Part shown: positions 1 through 5,776 of the stretch, one piece after another | How positions within the stretch are numbered: position 1 is the stretch's first letter | How the letters are laid out: each line of letters begins with the position of its first letter | DNA from: Verrucomicrobia bacterium UBA3869 | GTDB taxonomy: Bacteria > Verrucomicrobiota > Verrucomicrobiia > Opitutales > UBA9783 | Direction of reading: 5' to 3' | Assembly: GCA_002392285.1 (NCBI GenBank) | Contig: DGGR01000037.1 | Coordinates: 1 to 5,776 of the forward strand | DNA length: 5,776 nt | Program-made: the position numbers and the translations under genes | Notes under the pieces: model-generated | Database searches by the model: none | Told to the model about the DNA's origin: nothing | Seen by the model: the letters and a program-made list of their open reading frames with translations, nothing else

Positions 1-349
1 AATCATATTCAAAATTAGCAACCCCTAATTCTTGATTCTTGGATCGATAAATTTCCTGCATACGCGAGTTAATCCGACCATAATGCACATTAGATGTCAT
101 TAACCGCTTGATATTCACATCTAACAAATTTTCCCAATCATTAGTTAATAAGCAATATTGGACATAGTTACGATCTAAAGCACCTTGTTTATCATTGTTC
201 GCATATTTCTTGGTCATAACAGCATTTGCTTTGAGTGCGCTGATGGCTTTTTGATTCAGCACATACACCCCTATGCAATCAGCAACTGTTAAAAGCGCTA
301 CAAATTTGACGAAACTACCAAGCGAAAACTTTTTGTCTAAGATACTCAT
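1..349 (-). CDS. Hypothetical protein, N-terminal fragment (about 116 codons; the 3' end lies beyond the left edge); possible signal-anchor/membrane-associated protein
   Basis: Hand translation of the reverse complement from the ATG (complement of 347..349) gives MSILDKKFSLGSFVKFVALLTVADCIGVYVLNQKAISALKANAVMTKKYANNDKQGALDRNYVQYCLLTNDWENLLDVNIKRLMTSNVHYGRINSRMQEIYRSKNQELGVANFEYD. There is no stop codon before position 1. It is absent from the ORF track, presumably because it is truncated by the window edge. It has a moderately hydrophobic N-terminal segment (residues about 13-31). It lies on the same strand as the two glycosyltransferase genes. No family was recognised. Confidence 0.5.
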   Translation of the reverse strand, partial: MSILDKKFSLGSFVKFVALLTVADCIGVYVLNQKAISALKANAVMTKKYANNDKQGALDRNYVQYCLLTNDWENLLDVNIKRLMTSNVHYGRINSRMQEIYRSKNQELGVANFEYD

Positions 350-483
350 GTTACAAATTGTAAAATTAATTCATTTTTTTATCAAGCTCATTTTAATAAT
401 CCGATTTTTTTAATAAAATATCGCCGATTTTGATTTCGCATAATATATATTATGTCTAATCTATGGGTTGCCATTTATCCATT
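350..483 (-). promoter_or_regulatory. AT-rich intergenic spacer between the GT gene stop (484) and the downstream minus-strand ORF start (349); candidate promoter/operator and possibly a weak terminator
   Basis: This is the longest non-coding stretch in the window (134 bp). It contains a perfect 16-bp palindrome, CATAATATATATTATG (439..454), and two copies of CCGATTTT (401..408 and 424..431). No convincing sigma70 -35/-10 pair and no GC-rich terminator stem were identified by eye. Confidence 0.3.
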
Positions 484-1575
484 TCAATGAGCTTTTGTAT
501 TCAACACCTGCTTAATAATGCTTAAGGTTTTGTTTGGGTTAAAATGAATCACGCGTAGCGTCCGTGGGAAACGCCATAACTGTTTAAATGCCAACAAATG
601 GTAACGATGAAGGAATTTAGATAGGTTTGCCCAATATGCAGTCCCCAAATCAAATTGGCGCTTCAAAAACGCTCTTAATGTCTTGGGGTTATTAAAATCA
701 ATGTAAGCTTTGATTAAATCCTTTGCGATCGCTTCCGGTTCTAACTCAGGCATTTGATCGCATACCATTTTGGCTAAAATTTGAGCATAGCGATGAAACG
801 CGTCGTAAGCAGGATTCGCCAAAAACACTTCCAAAATAAATTCATAACCCCCAAACCACGATTGACCCCCTACTTGTTTATAAAAGTAATCTTGAGGTAA
901 GCGTTTAATTTTCCCACATGCTGGCAAATAACTTTGCTCAATGTAATTATTCAATAAAAAGTTATTACAGTTAAGCGCTACTTCAAGTTGGAATATCTCC
1001 TGTAAATAGTTTGTACGCAAAACGCTATGCATACAATGATCATCCGGTAATCTTCCAGTGATGCGGTCGTAAATTGAATCTAATTCATATTTGGGGTCTT
1101 GTGCAAATCGACATCCGGACACAATGGGTTGAAAAGGCTCATCATGGTGTGTCATAAACCCAATAATTTGCCCCATGCATCCAATATATTCTTGCTTAGC
1201 GTCTTGTTCGAGAAACGCAATACATTGCAGGATAGCTTCGATATCGAAAAAATCATCTTCATCGTACCACAAAACATACGGAGTGGTAATGCGCCCCGAT
1301 GCATCAGCCATTTTTTTATAAAAGTTAGCCAACCCAGCACCGGGTTGGTAGCGATGATATTCGTAAGCTACATGAGAGAAACGATGCTTGTTGGCCTCAA
1401 TAATCTTTAAATTTTGGTCATCTAAACTGCCATCCGCGAGGTACACCTTAAAGGGACATCGTACGGCTTCTAGATAGAGCAAATGCCTTAACGTCAGCTC
1501 GACACGACCATAGATCGATGTTAGAATTGTTAACTTTTTCGCTAATTCTAAATCGTAGTTCATGCCAACAACCAT
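484..1575 (-). CDS. GT-A fold (family 2-like) glycosyltransferase, downstream paralog of a tandem pair
   Basis: 363-aa ORF. The N-terminal region follows the GT2 layout: a beta-strand plus YGR where PxYNR is usual (LTILTSIYGR), then VYLADGSLDD (equivalent to the DDGS.D motif), then the DxD motif YDEDDF (DEDD = complement of 1252..1263). Roughly 70% identical (hand-counted) to the adjacent ORF over the first ~133 aa. Start is ambiguous: ATG at 1575 (1 nt after the upstream stop) or ATG at 1563 (MNYDLELAKKL), which aligns exactly with the paralog's ATG. Confidence 0.75.
   Translation of the reverse strand: MVVGMNYDLELAKKLTILTSIYGRVELTLRHLLYLEAVRCPFKVYLADGSLDDQNLKIIEANKHRFSHVAYEYHRYQPGAGLANFYKKMADASGRITTPYVLWYDEDDFFDIEAILQCIAFLEQDAKQEYIGCMGQIIGFMTHHDEPFQPIVSGCRFAQDPKYELDSIYDRITGRLPDDHCMHSVLRTNYLQEIFQLEVALNCNNFLLNNYIEQSYLPACGKIKRLPQDYFYKQVGGQSWFGGYEFILEVFLANPAYDAFHRYAQILAKMVCDQMPELEPEAIAKDLIKAYIDFNNPKTLRAFLKRQFDLGTAYWANLSKFLHRYHLLAFKQLWRFPRTLRVIHFNPNKTLSIIKQVLNTKAH
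1165..1563 (-). repeat. Paralogous repeat copy A (encodes the conserved GT N-terminal domain), related to 2246..2644 at a fixed offset of 1081 nt
   Basis: Ungapped hand alignment gave about 82-85% nt identity for 1381..1500 vs 2462..2581, and about 67% for 1261..1380 vs 2342..2461. A 21-nt stretch is identical (agatagagcaaatgccttaac). Confidence 0.6.
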
Positions 1576-1576
1576 T

Positions 1577-2644
1577 TTATGGTTTTTCTGTCAATTCCCG
1601 CCCTTGTTGCAGAACCTGCTTAATGACCTGCAAAGTTTTAGAGTTGTTGAAATACAGATAGCGGATAGTAGCAGGTAATCGGCGTAACCACGAAACGGTA
1701 AACCAATTATAGAGTTTCAAAACTTTTCGGAAATAACTGGTATCAAGATAAAATAAAAATTCTACAAATTGATGTAAGGTTTTAGGATCTTGCATCCCCC
1801 ACCAATCTAAGATCAGTTGCTTTTTTAACGTTTCTGCTCGTTCTCCCGTTAACCCTATACTTTCGATCACCGCTCCTATCTCGCGTTGAGTTTCAGCAAT
1901 TTCATCGGTGGTTAAAATTTGGGTTATACGGTTGTTATCTTCGGTAACGCATTGCCATATAGTATGCCCTATTTGCTTATAATTATAAGCTGAAGGTAAA
2001 ATCTTGGTTTTCCCTAATGTACTTGGATATAAACCTAAAAAACGATTTAGATAATACCCATGTTTTACACACTCTCCATAAGCAGCCTGCATTACAGATA
2101 AGCGTGCTACACTAATTTCATATTCATCATCACTTCCTCGTAACCGTTCTTCAAGCGAATCAGATTCGTACTGTCGATTAAAAGACCAATGCCATAGACT
2201 TTTTAGTCTACCGAAGCACTTATTTTTATAGGTAGTAAAAGGATGGATTTGTCCCATACAAGCGATGTATTCATGCTTTGAATCTTGCTCTAAAAAGGCT
2301 ACGCATTGTAATACGACATCCATATCTAAGAAATCATCATTGTCATAACGGATAACATACGGAGTAGTGATTTTAGCTAGAGTATCTGCCATCCGCTTAA
2401 ATAACTCTAGCAAACCTGCTCCTGCTGGATAGCGATGATATTCGTAATCCACATGAGGGAAACGATGCTTATTGGCTTCAATAATTTCTAAATTTTTATC
2501 ATCAAAACTGCCATCGGTAATATATACCTTAAAAGGGCACCGTACGGCCTCAAGATAGAGCAAATGCCTTAACGTCATTTCATAACGCCCATATAACGGT
2601 GTGATGATCGTTAATTTCTTCGCTAACTCTAAATCGTATGCCAT
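1577..2644 (-). CDS. GT-A fold (family 2-like) glycosyltransferase, upstream paralog of a tandem pair
   Basis: Same N-terminal motif set: LTIITPLYGR, VYITDGSFDD, and DxD YDNDDF (DNDD = complement of 2333..2344). I place the start at the ATG (complement of 2642..2644, MAYDLELAKKL) because it aligns with the paralog. The ORF-track start at 2659 is a TTG codon adding 5 aa (MFFDF). Stop TAA is the complement of 1577..1579. Confidence 0.75.
   Translation of the reverse strand: MAYDLELAKKLTIITPLYGRYEMTLRHLLYLEAVRCPFKVYITDGSFDDKNLEIIEANKHRFPHVDYEYHRYPAGAGLLELFKRMADTLAKITTPYVIRYDNDDFLDMDVVLQCVAFLEQDSKHEYIACMGQIHPFTTYKNKCFGRLKSLWHWSFNRQYESDSLEERLRGSDDEYEISVARLSVMQAAYGECVKHGYYLNRFLGLYPSTLGKTKILPSAYNYKQIGHTIWQCVTEDNNRITQILTTDEIAETQREIGAVIESIGLTGERAETLKKQLILDWWGMQDPKTLHQFVEFLFYLDTSYFRKVLKLYNWFTVSWLRRLPATIRYLYFNNSKTLQVIKQVLQQGRELTEKP
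2246..2644 (-). repeat. Paralogous repeat copy B (encodes the conserved GT N-terminal domain), related to 1165..1563
   Basis: See copy A. The repeat boundary is set at the shared CMGQI motif, after which protein identity drops sharply. Confidence 0.6.
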
Positions 2645-2743
2645 AAAATCAAAAAACAATCAGGTTAGTTTAAATACAATATTTTACGGTCATGCTTTCA
2701 ATATAATCTTGCGCCCAGGCATGAAAATTTTTTAAAAAAGAAT
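2645..2743. promoter_or_regulatory. Divergent intergenic region expected to hold promoters for both the GT pair (minus) and the ABC operon (plus)
   Basis: About 99 bp of AT-rich sequence between divergent start codons. A consensus TATAAT lies at 2702..2707, 36 nt upstream of the GTG start at 2744, but no good TTGACA-like -35 sits at 17 bp. On the minus strand there are a TTGAAA and a TAAAAT, but their spacing (9 nt) is wrong for a sigma70 pair. The promoter call rests on position, not on demonstrated motifs. Confidence 0.35.
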
Positions 2744-3694
2744 GTGTCAGCAGAAGTATCCATTGAACATTTAAGCAAGTTTTACGGAAAAAACAATGCT
2801 CTGTACAACCTTAATTTTAAAATAAGCCCTAATGAAATCGTTGGGGTATTAGGTCCCAATGGCGCTGGGAAAAGCACTCTATTTCGTATTTTATGTGGTA
2901 TTATTCCTGCATCTGAAGGGAAAATATACATCAATCACCTACCGTTAACAACCCACAGAGATTCGTTAAAATCCATGATTGGCTACATGCCGGAACATTA
3001 CACCCTACCGAATGCCATGCGAGTAGAAGAGTTTCTGCAAGCACAAGCATGCTTAAAACAAGTCAAAAATGTAAAGAAAACAGTACAAGAGGTAATGGAA
3101 ATTTGTGATTTGCATCGGACAGCAACACAAAAGTTAATTGGCACCCTATCGCACGGGACCAAACAGCGAGTAGGTATTGCAGATGCTATTTTAAATGACC
3201 CGCAGTTGGTTATTTTAGATGAACCTTCGGTTGGATTAGACCCTCAACAAGTTGAAAATTTTCGCCTGATCATCCAACGAATCAGTAGCCGTTCAACCGT
3301 TATCATGGCAACGCATATTTTGCCGGAAATTGAATCGATTTGTAATCATCTGCTGATCGTGCATCAGGGGCAATTGGTAGGAGATGGTACCTTCCAATCG
3401 CTTTACGCAAAAACATTCCCCAATAAACGTTACCAACTAAAAATGCTGCATGCTATAGATGCGATAAAAAGCGTATTGAATGCTTCTCCGTTCGGTATAC
3501 AATGTGATTCAGTTGTTTTGCATGAAGACGCAACAGAGTGCACTTTTGAATACGCAAATGCCGACTCACATTTTGAATCCGAATTGATCGCTTGGCTATT
3601 AACTAATGGCTACAAAGTACAGCAGTTTTCTGAGGTACCCCCAAACCTCAATCATTTATTCTTTAAAATGACTCAATTTCCCTGGAAATCATGA
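2744..3694 (+). CDS. ABC transporter ATP-binding protein, ABC-2 / GldA-like subfamily
   Basis: Walker A GPNGAGKST (2852..2878). Q-loop region IGYMPEH, with E in place of Q, as I recall for GldA-type ATPases. Signature LSHGTKQR (3146..3169). Walker B/D-loop LVILDEPSVGLD (from 3206). H-loop ATH (H at 3314..3316). A C-terminal extension of about 90 aa follows the core. Start is GTG: no in-frame ATG exists between the upstream in-frame stop (TAG 2666..2668) and Walker A. Confidence 0.93.
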   Translation: MSAEVSIEHLSKFYGKNNALYNLNFKISPNEIVGVLGPNGAGKSTLFRILCGIIPASEGKIYINHLPLTTHRDSLKSMIGYMPEHYTLPNAMRVEEFLQAQACLKQVKNVKKTVQEVMEICDLHRTATQKLIGTLSHGTKQRVGIADAILNDPQLVILDEPSVGLDPQQVENFRLIIQRISSRSTVIMATHILPEIESICNHLLIVHQGQLVGDGTFQSLYAKTFPNKRYQLKMLHAIDAIKSVLNASPFGIQCDSVVLHEDATECTFEYANADSHFESELIAWLLTNGYKVQQFSEVPPNLNHLFFKMTQFPWKS

Positions 3695-4425
3695 AAGCTT
3701 GTTGGATTTTATTTCTTCAAGAATGGCACTTCCTCATACGGAAACCCTATACTTATTTTATCATCGCTTTCTTCTTTTTATTAAGCGGATATAAATTTAT
3801 TTCAGGTTTATGGATAACTCAAATGCATGTAACTTCGCTAGCTTATATGCCGATGAGCATTCAACCTTTTTTGTATCTAACAGTATGGATTTTACCCTTA
3901 TGGGGAGTGTATCTATGGCACGGTTTCAACTCGACCAGCACCTTAGAACGCTTATTTGCGACCAACATTAACGCATGTACCTTGATCTGCGGTAAATTTC
4001 TCTGCCTTTACAGTATCTATACGCTCCTATGGATTGTATACATAGGTATTACCTTACTGTTTAAATATATCTTCTTAAGCTCTCTGGAAATACCAGGGAT
4101 TGCCATCTTCGGCTCCTTGCTATTCATCTGTTTCAACAACTTCCTGTGGGTTGCCATCGTAACCTTCATCAACACCCTCTGTCACAAAAGCAGCACGGCA
4201 TTATTAACGAGCATTGGTTGCTTGTGGATCGCATTACTAGGGATTAAGTTCATGGGAGTTTTTCACTTTTTACCCTTTAAGGGAGAATTGTATTTCAATT
4301 TTAATCCCATCATCCTCAATGTTTGTAATTGGTTTATCGATTTACCTCCCATTCTGTTCTATACACTCGTCGGGAGCATCATTGTAATTCTAAGCATTGT
4401 AACCATCAATCGTAAGATCTCATGA
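3691..4425 (+). CDS. ABC-2 type transporter permease (GldF-like), polytopic membrane protein
   Basis: 244 aa, very hydrophobic, with about 6 predicted helices by eye. The segment STLERLFATNINACTLICGKFLCL resembles the GTLE.L...P.....ilGKfla motif of ABC-2 / GldF / NosY-like permeases. The ATG overlaps the ATPase stop (ATGA at 3691..3694). Confidence 0.8.
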   Translation: MKACWILFLQEWHFLIRKPYTYFIIAFFFLLSGYKFISGLWITQMHVTSLAYMPMSIQPFLYLTVWILPLWGVYLWHGFNSTSTLERLFATNINACTLICGKFLCLYSIYTLLWIVYIGITLLFKYIFLSSLEIPGIAIFGSLLFICFNNFLWVAIVTFINTLCHKSSTALLTSIGCLWIALLGIKFMGVFHFLPFKGELYFNFNPIILNVCNWFIDLPPILFYTLVGSIIVILSIVTINRKIS

Positions 4426-5768
4426 AACACGATTTAGATGATTTTAAAGTATTTAATCGGCAACGGCGCATCCATACCCTAGCGCAAGTTGCATTACTTC
4501 TATTGTTAATCGTTGGGTGCTTAACATTAATTCCCCATGCTCAACAGGTTCACATCCGCTTCAACGTACAGCAGCCATTAAGATCAAAAGCCAACACGGT
4601 TTTAAATAACCTTAATGAACCCGTTGAGCTTTATTTATTTACCGACCTGACTCAACCAACAGAAGCGTTTCGAGTCGCATTTCGTGCATTCGCATCCCAA
4701 TTAAAATCGGTTCTTAAAGAACAGCTATCTTGTAAAGTGTTGCACACCCTATGGGATAAACAAATCATTCGCCAGTTAAAGGAACAATATCATTGCGCTA
4801 CGGAAGCTGGAATCCTATTGATCACTCATCAACGAGCGCAATTCTTACCAATCAATACATTTTACAAGCAAGGCTACCTTTTACCCCTAGCTCCTGTCAT
4901 TCTTAACAGCATACAGACATTATTGACCCCCAAGCAAAAAGCGCTGTGGCTTGTGGGACACCAAGAAATCGATGGGCAATCGACACATCCGTTAACCGGA
5001 GGATCCGTTGCTTGTCAATTGCTGAAACAAATGAATTACGACATTCAATTTGCAAACACCTGCGAGACCGGCATCCCCAACACCATCGATTTATTGCTCA
5101 TTTTTGGTCCTCAACAAGCCCTATTACCTAACGAAATCACGGCCATTCAGCAATTTATTCAACGGCAAAAAAGTGTATGCATCTGCCTATCACCTGCGAA
5201 TACCCTACAGGCTTTATTAGCCATGTTCCATATCCGCTGCGAACCGTCTTTGTTAAACGAACAACAAGCCATTTTGGGAGAACATGAATTCGTCCATCAT
5301 CCATTAACCCAACCGCTCATTGATGCTAAAAGTCGATTGTTATTTGGAACCACCCTACCGCTAAGCCCAACTGATGATCATCCACAACTGCAGGCTTTTA
5401 TTTATCGAACGAACCCGAACAAGCAATTACCGAACGGTCAAACGCAACCGTCTCAACGTACCGTTATCGGTTATGGGTCGAATGAGGTAAGCTCCGCGGT
5501 GGCTCGCCAAGGGAAAGTAATTGTGCTCGGTTGTGCTGATTGGCTTAGCAACCAATACATCAATTATTTAAACAATGCTTTGTTTTTACAGCGCATTGGC
5601 CACTATTTTAGCGATACCCCACCCCTATCGATTCCAGAAGAAAGCACAAATGAAATCAGTATTTCCCTCAATCCACAACTATTTCCTTATTACACCCTAT
5701 ATTATCTCATAGCACCTTTAATAGCTTGCCTATTAGGGGTAACGATTTTCATAGTTAGGAAGCGATAA
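4422..5768 (+). CDS. ABC transporter auxiliary component, GldG-like (ABC_transp_aux type), bitopic membrane protein
   Basis: 448 aa. N-terminal hydrophobic helix LAQVALLLLLIVGCLTLIP (about 4479..4535) and C-terminal helix YYLIAPLIACLLGVTIFIV followed by RKR (about 5694..5768). Between them the sequence follows the GldG-like pattern: ANTVLNNLNEPVELYLFTD (L..L.ePv.i..f), LWLVGHQEIDG (flvGHGE-like), and DLLLIFGPQQALLPNEITAIQQFIQRQKSVCICL (dlLviagP...l...E...l..fl..GG.l.il). The ATG overlaps the permease stop (ATGA at 4422..4425). The gene order ATPase-permease-auxiliary matches gldA/gldF/gldG-type sets. Confidence 0.7.
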   Translation: MKHDLDDFKVFNRQRRIHTLAQVALLLLLIVGCLTLIPHAQQVHIRFNVQQPLRSKANTVLNNLNEPVELYLFTDLTQPTEAFRVAFRAFASQLKSVLKEQLSCKVLHTLWDKQIIRQLKEQYHCATEAGILLITHQRAQFLPINTFYKQGYLLPLAPVILNSIQTLLTPKQKALWLVGHQEIDGQSTHPLTGGSVACQLLKQMNYDIQFANTCETGIPNTIDLLLIFGPQQALLPNEITAIQQFIQRQKSVCICLSPANTLQALLAMFHIRCEPSLLNEQQAILGEHEFVHHPLTQPLIDAKSRLLFGTTLPLSPTDDHPQLQAFIYRTNPNKQLPNGQTQPSQRTVIGYGSNEVSSAVARQGKVIVLGCADWLSNQYINYLNNALFLQRIGHYFSDTPPLSIPEESTNEISISLNPQLFPYYTLYYLIAPLIACLLGVTIFIVRKR

Positions 5769-5776
5769 ATGCATTT

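Noticed and set aside
402-423. Imperfect AT-rich hairpin (cgattttt...aaaatatcg) as a rho-independent terminator for the GT pair
   Set aside because: The stem is short, bulged and almost entirely A/T, and it is not followed by a clean U-tract on the minus strand. It would be thermodynamically weak and is mentioned only as a possibility.
452-490. 12-codon plus-strand ORF (MSNLWVAIYPFQ*) in the intergenic spacer
   Set aside because: It is too short, it overlaps the GT stop codon region, and it has no RBS or supporting features.
1152-1340. 62-aa minus-strand ORF in an alternative frame
   Set aside because: It is nested out of frame within the GT CDS, in the very region whose GT-frame translation is conserved with the paralog (around the DxD motif). 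There is no independent support.
1099-1410. 103-aa plus-strand ORF from the six-frame track
   Set aside because: It lies entirely inside the well-supported minus-strand glycosyltransferase CDS, on the opposite strand. The translation is low-complexity with no motifs, which is typical of a shadow ORF.
2657-2659. TTG start giving the 360-aa version (MFFDF...) of the upstream GT
   Set aside because: It is possible but less parsimonious than the ATG at 2642..2644, which aligns exactly with the paralog's MNYDLELAKKL start. The 5 extra residues have no counterpart in the paralog. The TTG start is not excluded.
2683-2707. TTTACG plus TATAAT as a sigma70 promoter for the ABC operon
   Set aside because: The spacer is only 13 bp, which is incompatible with a canonical -35/-10 pair. 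The TATAAT alone is kept as a weak candidate within the intergenic feature.
2721-2735. Mini-ORF ATG AAA ATT TTT TAA (MKIF*) in the leader of the ABC operon, possibly a leader peptide
   Set aside because: Four codons in an AT-rich region are expected by chance. There is no associated attenuator hairpin or SD.
4946-5131. 61-aa plus-strand ORF in an alternative frame of the GldG-like gene
   Set aside because: It is fully embedded in the longer ORF, which carries the recognisable GldG-like motifs. The translation is Arg/His/Ser-rich, as expected for an off-frame read.
1-5776. Mobile elements, CRISPR arrays, tRNA/rRNA genes and defence-system signatures (nucleases, helicases, toxin-antitoxin pairs)
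   Set aside because: I saw no terminal inverted repeats, transposase- or integrase-like ORFs, spaced direct repeats or RNA-gene-like structures. The only ATPase here is a transport-type ABC protein, paired with its own permease.

Overview
A 5.8-kb bacterial window of roughly 40% GC (hand-estimated from sample lines), densely coding, with no rRNA, tRNA, CRISPR or IS signatures. It holds two divergently transcribed modules separated by a short AT-rich intergenic region (about 2645..2743). On the minus strand are two tandem paralogous GT-A (GT2-like, DxD-motif) glycosyltransferase genes only 1 nt apart. After a 134-bp AT-rich spacer comes the 5' part of a further minus-strand ORF that runs off the left edge and is missing from the supplied ORF track. 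On the plus strand is a three-gene ABC operon with ATGA start/stop overlaps at both junctions. It encodes an ATPase with a GldA-like Q-loop and signature, an ABC-2 type permease (GldF-like), and a bitopic accessory protein with the GldG / ABC_transp_aux pattern. An ATG directly follows the last stop codon, so the operon may continue beyond the window. The main hypothesis is that this is one surface-glycoconjugate synthesis and export locus, which would tie a GldAFG-type transporter to dedicated glycosyltransferases. All family assignments come from motif recognition by eye. No searches were run, and the organism cannot be determined from the sequence.
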